Below are positions 7,957-17,572 of a stretch of DNA of 39,061 nucleotides, in pieces. Below the pieces are notes generated by a model. The model had not been told where the DNA came from. It was given only the letters and a program-made list of their open reading frames with translations, and ran no database searches. Each line of letters begins with the position of its first letter. Within the stretch, counting starts at the first letter, position 1. The stretch comes from Dehalococcoidia bacterium. GTDB taxonomy: Bacteria > Chloroflexota > Dehalococcoidia > UBA2979. A program made the position numbers and the translations under genes. The DNA is taken from the NCBI GenBank assembly GCA_034420575.1, contig DAOULE010000116.1, positions 1 through 39,061 on the forward strand, read 5' to 3'.

Positions 7957-9897
7957 ATGACTCCAGCCGCTGCCTCCGCGCCGGACTGGGACCTGGAGCA
8001 ACTGGAAGTCATCCTCGATGACCCCGCGAGTTGGCAGTTCGTCGTGGCCGGCCCTGGGGCTGGGAAGTCTGCCGTCGCGTGCCAGCGCATCGCCTATCTG
8101 ATTGACGAGGGGGTGCAGCCGTCGCGCATCTTGCTGATCAGCTTCACGCGGACGGCCGTGGCAGAACTGCGAGACCGGATCGTCGCGTATGCGGTGGCGG
8201 GTGAGCGGGCGCGCAGCGTGCGAATCTCGACGATTGACTCGCATGCATGGAGGCTTCGCGTTGGGTTTGAAGATGAGGCGCTGGCGGATCCCCTCGAAGG
8301 TGAGTCGGCTTTCGATCTGAGCATCTCCCGAACGGTCACGCTGTTTCGTGAGAAGGACCCGAGCCTGCTCGACTTCATGTCGCGCGTCGAGCATCTGATC
8401 ATTGATGAAGCGCAGGACGTCGTCGGTGTGCGCGCCGACCTCATGATCGAGATTCTGCTCGCCCTCTCGGATGAATGCGGTGTGACGATCCTGGCCGACC
8501 CGGCTCAGGCGATCTATGGGTTCACAGACGACCAGGACGAGGCGGCGGACTCGGGGAATCTGCTCCTTGAACGCCTCCCGACCGAGAGTCCGCGCAGCTT
8601 CGTCGAGAGGCAGCTGAATGAGATTCACCGCATACAGAACGACAGCCTCGTTGACTTGTTCCGCCGCTCGCGCCAGACGATAGAGCAGCCCGATGGACAC
8701 GAGACCCACGTCGATCGCGTGATCTCCGTCATCCGCGACAACTCTCAGGAGGACCTCGGAGCCACCACGTATGAGAAGGTCGCTGACCTTGTCTCGGACT
8801 CTGAGAGCGACTCTCTGCTGGTTCTCTTCCGCCGACGCTCAGAAGTGCTGACGGCCTCATCCTACTGTTCCAGTTCAGGAGTCCAGCACCGTCTGCGGCT
8901 GTCGGGTCTGCCACCTGTGATTCAGCCATGGATTGGCTGGCTCTTCGCCGAGTACAACGGGGCAACCATCTCGAAGGCAGAGTTCGAGGAGCTCTGGGCG
9001 AGGCGCTCGAGCATCGCAGCCGCCCCACTTGAGGGAGGGCGCCCAGACGGTGCCTGGGCGCTGCTCCACCACCTGGCGGCTGGTGCCGCCGAGGGCACCG
9101 TTGACCTGCACCATCTGCGCAGCCTCCTGTCTCGGTCGCGGCCTCCAGTCGAGGTCTGCCTTCCCGATCCAGGGCTCGGTACGCCAATTCTCGGAACGAT
9201 CCATGCTTCGAAAGGGCGCGAGGCAGAGACTGTTGCCCTGGTCTTGCCTACCACGGCAAACGGATTCGATTCAGACTCAGAAGCCGAGGTTCTTGAGGAA
9301 GGCCGCGTCTACTACGTGGGAGCCACACGAGCGAGAGATGCGCTCCTGACCGCCAACAGCAGCAGCGTGTGGGCCAGCCAACTCGACTCCGGGAGGGTCT
9401 TCAGGAAGCTCCGGAGCGCCGGTCGCAGGCCGCCGCGGGCACAGCTGGAGATTGGGCGCGACGGCGATGTTGACCGCACCGCCCATCTGGGATGGTCCAG
9501 TGGCGTTGAGGTCCAGGCGGTGCTGGCAGAAGCCTCGCGCGACATGCTGTCCGTGCGAGCCGAGAGCCGCGCGGAGGAAGGCTACGACTGGAGGCTGGTG
9601 CTCCAGGTGCCGTCTGGCGCGGGCTCAGCCAGGCGCGTTGAAATAGGGCAGATGAGCAAGGTGTTCCGCTCCGAGATCAGCGCGCTGTGGAGCAGACTGG
9701 ACACTGACAGCACGCTCAAGCCGGGGCACTACATCGAGAACCTCTACCTGTTTGGCGTCACGACGGTGGCACTGACCGAGAGTGAGCGCGACGCCGTGCG
9801 CCAGCCATTCAAGGACAGCGGGTTTGCCCTGGCCCCAGTCGTGAAGGGGTTCCCCGTGGTGCAGTTTCTCTATCGGGGTCGGAGGAGTCAGTGGTAG
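7957..9897 (+). CDS. SF1 UvrD/Rep-like helicase with an uncharacterised C-terminal domain of about 170 aa
   Basis: Walker A VVAGPGAGKSAV, LLISFTRTAVAEL, Walker B/motif II HLIIDEAQDV, C-terminal motifs GTIHASKGREAETVALV and VYYVGATRARDAL. The last roughly 170 aa have no motif I recognise. The stop overlaps the drmA start by 7 nt. Confidence 0.8.
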   Translation: MTPAAASAPDWDLEQLEVILDDPASWQFVVAGPGAGKSAVACQRIAYLIDEGVQPSRILLISFTRTAVAELRDRIVAYAVAGERARSVRISTIDSHAWRLRVGFEDEALADPLEGESAFDLSISRTVTLFREKDPSLLDFMSRVEHLIIDEAQDVVGVRADLMIEILLALSDECGVTILADPAQAIYGFTDDQDEAADSGNLLLERLPTESPRSFVERQLNEIHRIQNDSLVDLFRRSRQTIEQPDGHETHVDRVISVIRDNSQEDLGATTYEKVADLVSDSESDSLLVLFRRRSEVLTASSYCSSSGVQHRLRLSGLPPVIQPWIGWLFAEYNGATISKAEFEELWARRSSIAAAPLEGGRPDGAWALLHHLAAGAAEGTVDLHHLRSLLSRSRPPVEVCLPDPGLGTPILGTIHASKGREAETVALVLPTTANGFDSDSEAEVLEEGRVYYVGATRARDALLTANSSSVWASQLDSGRVFRKLRSAGRRPPRAQLEIGRDGDVDRTAHLGWSSGVEVQAVLAEASRDMLSVRAESRAEEGYDWRLVLQVPSGAGSARRVEIGQMSKVFRSEISALWSRLDTDSTLKPGHYIENLYLFGVTTVALTESERDAVRQPFKDSGFALAPVVKGFPVVQFLYRGRRSQW

Positions 9898-12800
9898 CCC
9901 AGGACCTCTTCCGAGACACCATTCTCGAACGGCTCCGCGAGGACCTTCTGGGGCCGTCGGATGCGCAGGAGGTCATTGCCGACAGGCCGACACAGCGCTA
10001 CAGCACTGGCATCCTCTATCCGCTGGACAGCTATGTTCAGGATGAGGAGGATCAGGACTCCGCCCTCGCGGTCAACGAGAAAGAGGACACGGCTTCGGAG
10101 CCGGACACGAGCGGTGTCCCTCTGCACGCTGCGCTGAAGCCCTCCACGGCTGGGCTTTCATTTGCGGTCGCGCCCGCAGGCGACGGGCGGGCCGCTGCTG
10201 TGGTCTTTGAGATCCGATGCGCGACCTACGAAAGATTCACGGTTGACGAGGACGGCCGGGAGACAGCGGACCCAACCTCAAGCCGCTCCCAGGAACGCTG
10301 GCGGCGAGCCCCGCATGATGCCTCGGTGGCCGTCGAGCTGGTCCCGGGAGAGTTCAGGCAGGACCTGAACTCGGACGGGATGGATGACCTCGAGCTGTAC
10401 GTGCTTGTGTCCCCTCACGCGGGCCTGCTCACCGTCACCGCTGCGCTCTCAAACAAGCGCAGGCGCGGAGACTCACGGGTCTTCGACGAGGCGCAGCATT
10501 TCTTCCAGGTCGAGCTGTCTGCCTCGACCGTGACAGACGGGGAGTTCGCGCCACGCCCGTCCAGGCGCGCGGAGACCGACGACGACAGCCGGAGCGCGGC
10601 GCTCATCTATCGTGACGCCGTTGAGTACGTCGTGGGCCATGGCTGCTCAGCCAGGGCGGTGTTCGCGGGCGATGGCAGTGGGGCACTCCGCGAACTGAAG
10701 ACGGAGTGGATCCCCTCTGTGACGGTCCCCGCCACCAGCGATCAGGGGGATGAGGTCTTCCAAGCGCTGCGCGAAGGCGACGCCTCCCGGCCTCTCGACG
10801 CGGCATGGCTCGCTGAAGCGAGCGAGGCGCACCTGGTGCAGGGGCTCGAGCGGCTCGTGACGGCCTACAGGGAGTGGGTCAGTCGGGAGGAAGGACGCGT
10901 AGACGGGCTGCCAGTGACGATGCGCCCCCAGGCCGGCAAGCACCTCGAGCGGTGCAGGCACGGGGCGGATCGCATGGCCGAGGGCGTCAACGCCATCCGC
11001 GCCGATGCTGAGATCCGCTCGGCCTTCCAGCTGTCGCAAAAGGCCATGAGCCTCCAGTTCGGCTGGCAGCGCGAAGGGGAGAAGCTGGTCTGGCGCCCGT
11101 TCCAGCTCGGCTTTCAGCTTCTCGTGCTCACGTCGCTGGCCGCCCGGGAGCACCCCGGCCGGGAGATCATGGATCTCCTCTGGTTCCCCACGGGCGGAGG
11201 GAAGACAGAGGCCTACCTGGCGCTGACGGCCTTCGCGATCCTGCTGCGTCGGCTGCGGTCCACCGAGGAGGACGACGGCGCCGGCGTTGCCGTTCTGATG
11301 CGCTACACCCTGCGGCTCTTGACCGTCCAGCAGTTCCAGCGTGCGGCCGCGATGATCCTCGCCTGCGAACTGCTGCGGCGGCAGTCACTGGAAACTGGGT
11401 CGGAGACTCCTGACCTGGGCGACGCTCCCATAGGGATCGGCCTCTGGGTTGGCTCCGCCGCGACGCCGAACACCCTCCGGGAAGCTCGGGACCAGAGCGG
11501 GGACTCCCCCAGCACGCATCGCCAGATCGTCGCGTGTCCCGCGTGCGGGGAGACGCTCAAATGGAGCCTCTCCCGATCTGAGTCATCTGTGAGCTGCGAG
11601 TCCGAACCGGGCGTGTGCGAGTTCGCCGGCGTCGCCAGCCTGCCAATCTGGACGATTGACGAGGAGATCTACCGGCACTCTCCGGCCCTCGTGATCGGCA
11701 CGATCGACAAGTTCGCTCAGATCGTCAGGAACATGAGCACCAGGGCGCTCTTCGGGGGGCTCGCGAGCCATGCTCCCCCTGACCTCATCATTCAGGACGA
11801 GCTCCACCTCATCTCCGGGCCTCTCGGTTCGATCGCCGGGCTCTACGAGGTGGCGATCGACGAGCTCTGCCGGCAAGGCGCCGTTCGTCCGAAGATCATC
11901 GGCTCCACGGCGACGATTCGCAGAGCGGAAGACCAGATACAGGCGCTGTTCGACCGGGTGACCTACCAGTTCCCTTCGCCCGGCCTCGACGCAGGCAACT
12001 CCGGCTTCGCGGTGGTTGACGAGGGGCACCCCGGCCGGCTGTACGTCGGCCTGACAACCGCCGGCCGTTCGGCCACCTACATGCTCCAGGCCCTGGCAGC
12101 CTCGCTGCTGCAGGCCGCAGACGAGCCCGGCGCCTCGCCCGAAGAGAGAGACCTGTACTGGACCCTGGTCGTCTATTTCAACTCGCTGCGCGAGCTCGGG
12201 CACGCGCTCCTGCTGATGCAAGACGACGTTCCGGTCTCGATCGGCCAGCTGGGCGCCCGCCGGGGTGAGCAGCCCAGGGAGGTCGGTCCCCCGGCAGAGC
12301 TGACCAGCCGTGTGCGCTCGTACGAGATACGGGACATGCTGGCCCGGCTGGAGACAAGCGCCGGTGCCCCAGGGGCTGTCGATCTCCTGCTCGCATCCAA
12401 CATGATCTCGGTGGGCATGGATGTCTCCCGGCTTGGGCTGATGGTCGTGAACGCCCAGCCCAAGACCCTGTCGGAGTACATCCAGGCGACGAGTCGGGTG
12501 GGGAGGGGCAGCGTTCCCGGGATCATCATCACCATGTACAACAACATGCGCGCCAGGGACCGGTCGCACTACGAGACCTTCGAGACGTGGCACCGCTCTC
12601 TCTATCGGGATGTGGAAGCCACGAGCGTCACGCCCTTCGCGTCGCGGGCGCAGGACAAGGCCATCCATGCGGTCCTCGTTGCCCTGGCGCGGCACCGAGT
12701 TCCCGGAATGGCCGACCGGCCCATCCTCGACGACCTTCGGCGCCCGCAGGTCGAGCAGGCCGCCGCGCTCATTGAGGCGCGCGTCGCACGCGTCGATCCG

Positions 12801-13070
12801 AGCGAGCGCCTCGTGGTCTCCAAGAAGCTCAAGCTCCTCATAGACGAGTGGGCCGGCCGCCCTGACCTCCAGACCTACTGGGACGACTATCAGAAGAAGA
12901 CCAGCCTCCTCCTGTCGGCTGAGCAGTTCGCCGCCACGTTGGCTGGCGATGCCGACCTCGACGCGGGCGGAGCTCGGAGAGCCCTCTGGCCAACCCCGAA
13001 CTCCATGCGCGACGTCGAGCCGGGGACTCCATTCGTGCTCAGGCAAGCGCTGAAGGCCGGGGATAGCTAG
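9891..13070 (+). CDS. drmA: DISARM DrmA-like SF2 (DExH) helicase
   Basis: GTG start preceded by GGAGGAG. Motif I FPTGGGKTEAYL, motif II QDELHLISG, motif III GSTATI, motif V SNMISVGMDVSRL, motif VI QATSRVGR. Long N-terminal extension. Followed immediately by a DUF1998 gene. Confidence 0.85.
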   Translation: MVAQDLFRDTILERLREDLLGPSDAQEVIADRPTQRYSTGILYPLDSYVQDEEDQDSALAVNEKEDTASEPDTSGVPLHAALKPSTAGLSFAVAPAGDGRAAAVVFEIRCATYERFTVDEDGRETADPTSSRSQERWRRAPHDASVAVELVPGEFRQDLNSDGMDDLELYVLVSPHAGLLTVTAALSNKRRRGDSRVFDEAQHFFQVELSASTVTDGEFAPRPSRRAETDDDSRSAALIYRDAVEYVVGHGCSARAVFAGDGSGALRELKTEWIPSVTVPATSDQGDEVFQALREGDASRPLDAAWLAEASEAHLVQGLERLVTAYREWVSREEGRVDGLPVTMRPQAGKHLERCRHGADRMAEGVNAIRADAEIRSAFQLSQKAMSLQFGWQREGEKLVWRPFQLGFQLLVLTSLAAREHPGREIMDLLWFPTGGGKTEAYLALTAFAILLRRLRSTEEDDGAGVAVLMRYTLRLLTVQQFQRAAAMILACELLRRQSLETGSETPDLGDAPIGIGLWVGSAATPNTLREARDQSGDSPSTHRQIVACPACGETLKWSLSRSESSVSCESEPGVCEFAGVASLPIWTIDEEIYRHSPALVIGTIDKFAQIVRNMSTRALFGGLASHAPPDLIIQDELHLISGPLGSIAGLYEVAIDELCRQGAVRPKIIGSTATIRRAEDQIQALFDRVTYQFPSPGLDAGNSGFAVVDEGHPGRLYVGLTTAGRSATYMLQALAASLLQAADEPGASPEERDLYWTLVVYFNSLRELGHALLLMQDDVPVSIGQLGARRGEQPREVGPPAELTSRVRSYEIRDMLARLETSAGAPGAVDLLLASNMISVGMDVSRLGLMVVNAQPKTLSEYIQATSRVGRGSVPGIIITMYNNMRARDRSHYETFETWHRSLYRDVEATSVTPFASRAQDKAIHAVLVALARHRVPGMADRPILDDLRRPQVEQAAALIEARVARVDPSERLVVSKKLKLLIDEWAGRPDLQTYWDDYQKKTSLLLSAEQFAATLAGDADLDAGGARRALWPTPNSMRDVEPGTPFVLRQALKAGDS

Positions 13071-14897
13071 ATGCAGAACGAGCTGGGCGACGTGAGGCGA
13101 AGCCAGGTCATCACATCCCACGGTCCCGGCTCGATCATTGACTTTCGGGCTGGCGGGCATGGCGGCGCGGGCGTCTCCGTGGTTGGGGCAGGGCTGGAGG
13201 AGTGGGACCGCTGGGCGCAGCCGCCCGGACTGGCGAACCCTCAGACCATCTATGAGCCAAGGCTTCAGAACGCGCTCGGCGTGGACGGGTTTCGCCTGCC
13301 TCCGGTGTCGCCCCAGATCGCTCCCAACACCTACTCGCGTCGCACAGGACGGCTCGTCGGCGTGCGCTATCCGCGGTGGCTCCAGTGTCCGCGCTGCCAC
13401 CTGATTGGGGAGAGCAGGCGGTGGAGCGAGGATCCCGGAGACCCTGCCCTGTACTGCGCTCCCTGCTCTGACCGGGCAGGAGGGCGGAATCGAGTTCATG
13501 CAGTTCCAGTCCGCTTCATCGTGCTCTGCGAGAAGGGTCACCTGGACGAGTTCCCGTGGGACTGGTGGGTCAGGCACGATGAGGACTGCAAGCAGCGACG
13601 CGACCTGAGGCTGTCGGGGAGTTCCGCGGCCGGTCTCGCCGGCCTGGTCCTCACCTGCGAGCGATGCGGAGCTGCGAGGTCGATGGAGGGCTGCTTCGGG
13701 CCAGACGCCATTCCGGGCAACTGCCAGGGGCGGCGACCGTGGCTGGGCACCGACGCTGACGAGCAATGCTCCGAGCAGCCGCGAGTTGTGCAGCGCGGGG
13801 CATCGAACATCTACTTCTCGGTGGTTGAGTCGGCTCTCGACATTCCACCGTGGTCGGATGAGCTGCAGAAGAGGATCGGGATGCGCTGGGCCATGCTGGA
13901 GCGGGCGGCGGACACGGCCGCGCGGCTCGTGCTGATTGACGCGCTCGGGCTCCCTGAGAGCCTCGGCATGCCAGCCGACGAGTTGGCATCGGTCATAGAG
14001 GATCGTGTCAGCCGGCTCAGGTCCCCTGGGCGCAACCTTCGCTTCGAGGAATATCAGCAGTTCGTCCAGCACTCCGAGCCATTCGGCGAGAACACCGAGT
14101 TCGAGGTCCGCCCGTTGGCTCCGCCGCCAGAGCTGGCGGGATGGCTGGAGATGGTGGTGCGCGCGACGCGACTCCGCGAGGTGAAAGCCAATGTTGGCTT
14201 CACGCGCATCGTTCCGCCGACGCCTGGCGACAACGAGAGGGTGGCTCCCATCTCCTTGGAGCGCCTGAACTGGCTGCCTGCGGTCGAGAATCGGGGTGAG
14301 GGGGTGTTCCTGCAGCTCAAGCCCGAACGGGTGCGGGAGTGGGAGCAGCGACCAGCCGTGCAAGAGAGGGTCGCTGGCCTGCAGGAGGCCTACGGGCGGT
14401 GGTGGCAGCAGCGCGGCATGGACGGTGATCCACCGAGGCCTCTCACCGCGAGGCTGCTGCTTGTGCACAGCCTGGCGCATGCTCTCATCCGCCAACTCGC
14501 ACTCAGCTGCGGCTACGGTAGCGCATCCCTCCGGGAGCGCATCTACGTCGACTCCGGCGAGTGGGAGATGGCCGGCCTGCTGGTGTTCACCTCATCACCG
14601 GATGCCGACGGCACGCTCGGAGGGCTGGCGAGGCAAGCTGAGGCGCGGAACCTCGTTCCCCTCTTCGAGGACTGCCTGGCAGGGATGGCGTGGTGCTCAT
14701 CCGACCCGCTGTGCTCTCAGGGGGTTCACGCCAGCACCGCAGCCTCCAACGGCGCTGCGTGCCATGCGTGCATGCTCGCCTCCGAGACATCGTGCGAGGA
14801 GTTCAACGCGTGTCTCGATCGAGTCATGCTGGTCGGGACGGTAGAGCACCCTGAAATGGGGTATTTCTCAGACTACCTGAGTGCCACGCGGGAATAG
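13071..14897 (+). CDS. drmB: DISARM DrmB-like DUF1998 protein
   Basis: ATG directly after the drmA stop. Zn-ribbon-like CPRCH...CAPC, then CEKGHLDEFPWDWW, and a C-terminal Cys cluster CSSDPLC...CHACMLASETSCEEFNACLDR characteristic of DUF1998. Confidence 0.85.
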   Translation: MQNELGDVRRSQVITSHGPGSIIDFRAGGHGGAGVSVVGAGLEEWDRWAQPPGLANPQTIYEPRLQNALGVDGFRLPPVSPQIAPNTYSRRTGRLVGVRYPRWLQCPRCHLIGESRRWSEDPGDPALYCAPCSDRAGGRNRVHAVPVRFIVLCEKGHLDEFPWDWWVRHDEDCKQRRDLRLSGSSAAGLAGLVLTCERCGAARSMEGCFGPDAIPGNCQGRRPWLGTDADEQCSEQPRVVQRGASNIYFSVVESALDIPPWSDELQKRIGMRWAMLERAADTAARLVLIDALGLPESLGMPADELASVIEDRVSRLRSPGRNLRFEEYQQFVQHSEPFGENTEFEVRPLAPPPELAGWLEMVVRATRLREVKANVGFTRIVPPTPGDNERVAPISLERLNWLPAVENRGEGVFLQLKPERVREWEQRPAVQERVAGLQEAYGRWWQQRGMDGDPPRPLTARLLLVHSLAHALIRQLALSCGYGSASLRERIYVDSGEWEMAGLLVFTSSPDADGTLGGLARQAEARNLVPLFEDCLAGMAWCSSDPLCSQGVHASTAASNGAACHACMLASETSCEEFNACLDRVMLVGTVEHPEMGYFSDYLSATRE

Positions 14898-15609
14898 TCT
14901 CTTGGGGACTGCGCGGGATCTCGTCGAGCTCGAGAGAGCCCTCAGGGCCGAAGGGGCGTTTGACCCGTTCGCCCCTGCGGGGCATGGCGGCCTTGGAGAG
15001 TCCCCCGCCGCTGCATCGCTGATAGAGCACCTCGGCAGGGTCAACTTCTCTGATCCAGAGCGGACGCTGAGGCTGTGCCTGCAGGCCCTGAGCGTTCAGC
15101 GCGAAGAGCTCACCACCAGCGCCTCAGAAGCCGAACTGGTCGCCACGCTCCCTCCGGGGCTGCCAGGGCTGGCGAGGACGACAGCTCAGGTCGTGTCTGA
15201 GATGCTGCGCCCCCCGCTTGGGGAGGTGATCCTGCTGGGCTACGAGTTGACTGACCCGAGCACAATGAACCTCTTGGTGCAGGCTGAAGCCGCAGGTGCG
15301 GATGTGATCGCGATCTGCGACCGGACACGCGGCGCCGCGGAGCGGGTCCTCGAGCTGGGCCTCCACCGAGCGAGGGTCTTTCAGGATCGTGAGCGGCCAG
15401 ACGGACCCCCGTACGCCTCCATGCACGCGAAGTGCCTCTTGGTCGACGGGCGGGATCTGCTCGTCACGTCCGCCAACTTCACGTTTCACGGGCTTCACGG
15501 GAACATCGAGGTCGGTGTGAGGTTGTCTGGAGCCCCGGCCGCCGAGGCTCGCCACATCTTCTCGCATCTGGTGGAGAAGCGGATCGTGGAAGAGGTTGGA
15601 GCTTCTTGA
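14881..15609 (+). CDS. drmC: DISARM DrmC-like phospholipase-D-family (single HKD) nuclease
   Basis: HKD motif HAKCLLVDGRDLLVTSANFT. Overlaps the drmB 3' end by 17 nt. The start (GTG 14881) is uncertain. Confidence 0.8.
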   Translation: MPRGNSLLGTARDLVELERALRAEGAFDPFAPAGHGGLGESPAAASLIEHLGRVNFSDPERTLRLCLQALSVQREELTTSASEAELVATLPPGLPGLARTTAQVVSEMLRPPLGEVILLGYELTDPSTMNLLVQAEAAGADVIAICDRTRGAAERVLELGLHRARVFQDRERPDGPPYASMHAKCLLVDGRDLLVTSANFTFHGLHGNIEVGVRLSGAPAAEARHIFSHLVEKRIVEEVGAS

Positions 15610-15623
15610 GGCACCCGTCGCCT

Positions 15624-15648
15624 CCCGACCCTGGTGCCGAGGGTCGGG
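15624..15648. terminator. Hairpin between the convergent drmC and C5-methyltransferase genes
   Basis: Perfect 9-bp stem cccgaccct / agggtcggg with a 7-nt loop, in the 84-bp gap between two convergent stops. No clear U-tract. Confidence 0.4.
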
Positions 15649-15693
15649 GAGCCGAGCGCCTGTAGCAGAGAGGGTCGCGCCCGGCCGTCTCCG

Positions 15694-17058
15694 TCACAGC
15701 GGGAGGGGCTGCTGTCCTGCCCCCCCTTCAGGCACCGAGGACGGGGACTCGCCTTCGCTCAGCAGTCTCCTCGCAATCTCATGCACCACGTCGACGTGAA
15801 CCGCGTTGCCCAGGGCCTTGAATGTCGCGTCCCGCGAGGCTGGAACATGGAAGTCTGACGGGAAGCCCTGCAAGCGAAGTCCCTCAGCCCGGGACAGGTG
15901 TCGGCGCTCGGGGCCGAGGATGGGAATCTGGGTGCTGGTCATCGCGACCAGAGAAGGGCTGTTCGCGTATCTCTTCACCCGCAAGCCCGAGGGCCGGAAT
16001 TGGAGGATGTGCCGCCACAGGTCTCGCTCCTCGCCTTGACAGTTCCACTCCAGCTTCCGAAGAGAGGGAGGGAAGGCCTTCAGGTCGCTGACCCACCCGG
16101 CAGGAAGCCGATCGTGAACTGTCGAGAGCCAGGCGCGGTTCTTCCTGATGAACTGCACCTTCCACTGAGGAAACTCCACGGCCTCGGTCCGCGCATAGCG
16201 GGGCAGAAGGTTGAACTCTTCCCAGAGGTCCGCCCTTCCGTTGCTCGACGGGGCGAACCCAACCTCCTGAGCCCGCGCCTCAGCCCAGGGCGTCATCTCT
16301 TCGTAGGGGTAGTTCGCATCGAACTCATCACCCCAGATCGGAAACGAGGGCAGCGTAACCTGGCCCTCCGGCAGTGCCCTGAGGAATGCGTTCCAGTGCT
16401 CGATGCAGCGCTCGTGCTGCTCGCCGATCGCCGTCTCGTCGCGGTCCCGGTCAGACAGCTCATCCTGCCGCTGGACCACTTGAGCCATCGAGGTCGCAGC
16501 CTTCCTGTCCCTTGGAGGAAACGGGCTCGCTGGGAGGTCCGCGAGCGAGGCGACCGCGAAGAATCGTTCCCTGTGGTGAGGGTGTCCGAGGTGGTGGGGG
16601 GAGAGAAGACCGTCGCCGCCACTGGTGACATGCAGAGTCCCGTGAACGTGGTACTCGAGGTCTTCCAGGCTCTCCTTGACTACCGACCACGTCCGTCCTT
16701 GGTCGTGGCGCTCGAAGTTCCCGACATTCTCCAGGATCACGACGCTGGGACTGTGCTTCTCGATGACCTCTCGGATCTCGTGAAAGAGAGTCCCGATCGT
16801 CTGGTCCTTCAGGCCGGCCTGAGCGCCGGACTTGGAGAACGGCTGGCACGGAAAGCCGGCGCAGAGCACATCGTGCGGAGGGACCTGGTCCTTCACGAGT
16901 CTGATGTCGCCTTGGACCTCCGGCCCGTCAGGGAAGTTCTTGCTGTAGACCTCTTGGAGTTGGCTGTCGATCTCCGAGGCAAAGACGCACTCGTGCCCAA
17001 GACGCTCGAGTGCCAGGCGGAAGCCGCCGAGGCCAGCGAAGAGGTCGATGAACCTCAT
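15694..17058 (-). CDS. DNA (cytosine-5)-methyltransferase (DrmMII-like)
   Basis: Motif I IDLFAGLGGF, motif IV GFPCQPFS, motif VI ILENV, RERFF, QGFPSDF, motif X LGNAVHVDV. Confidence 0.9.
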   Translation of the reverse strand: MRFIDLFAGLGGFRLALERLGHECVFASEIDSQLQEVYSKNFPDGPEVQGDIRLVKDQVPPHDVLCAGFPCQPFSKSGAQAGLKDQTIGTLFHEIREVIEKHSPSVVILENVGNFERHDQGRTWSVVKESLEDLEYHVHGTLHVTSGGDGLLSPHHLGHPHHRERFFAVASLADLPASPFPPRDRKAATSMAQVVQRQDELSDRDRDETAIGEQHERCIEHWNAFLRALPEGQVTLPSFPIWGDEFDANYPYEEMTPWAEARAQEVGFAPSSNGRADLWEEFNLLPRYARTEAVEFPQWKVQFIRKNRAWLSTVHDRLPAGWVSDLKAFPPSLRKLEWNCQGEERDLWRHILQFRPSGLRVKRYANSPSLVAMTSTQIPILGPERRHLSRAEGLRLQGFPSDFHVPASRDATFKALGNAVHVDVVHEIARRLLSEGESPSSVPEGGAGQQPLPL

Positions 17059-17256
17059 CAGCAGAACGTCCCTGAGCAGTGCAGCGTTGGAACGCTACGC
17101 ACGGTTGCATCCCTCCACCTCGTGACTTGACCCGTCACTCCTGACCGTAACGGCCTGGCTCCCAATAGGCAGTGCGTCAAGGGGGCACCTAAGGGTTCGG
17201 GGGAGGTCATCTGCATCGCCACGTAGGTCGGGGGAGTCTGCTGGGCCGAAGGTCGA

Positions 17257-17517
17257 CTACTGTGCGTCCGCCGAGTCGAGTTGCGCCCCCGTCTGGCGCA
17301 GAACCGTGATGGTGCGGTGACCGTCGTCGCCGTCCTCAGTCTCTGCCCAAAAGTCGTCCAAGGAGCGATAGAAGGAGATTGTCTCGTTCCCGAGCACCAG
17401 TGTTGTGCCGTCATCGAGTTCGAGGATGTCGAGTTCTACTCCCCCGCCGGAGTTCCATGTGTCTACATTGCGGAGGTGCGCTGCGCGATCGGTGCTATCC
17501 ATGTGGTGAGTGTACAC
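17257..17517 (-). CDS. Small acidic hypothetical protein (81-86 aa) between the two methyltransferase genes
   Basis: ORF co-directional with both MTase genes. Start is GTG 17517 or ATG 17502. No recognisable motif. Confidence 0.4.
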   Translation of the reverse strand: MYTHHMDSTDRAAHLRNVDTWNSGGGVELDILELDDGTTLVLGNETISFYRSLDDFWAETEDGDDGHRTITVLRQTGAQLDSADAQ

Positions 17518-17572
17518 CCCGACACTTCCAGCGCCGCGCGGGGCCGCTCGGCCCTACCGTCAGCACGGAGCG

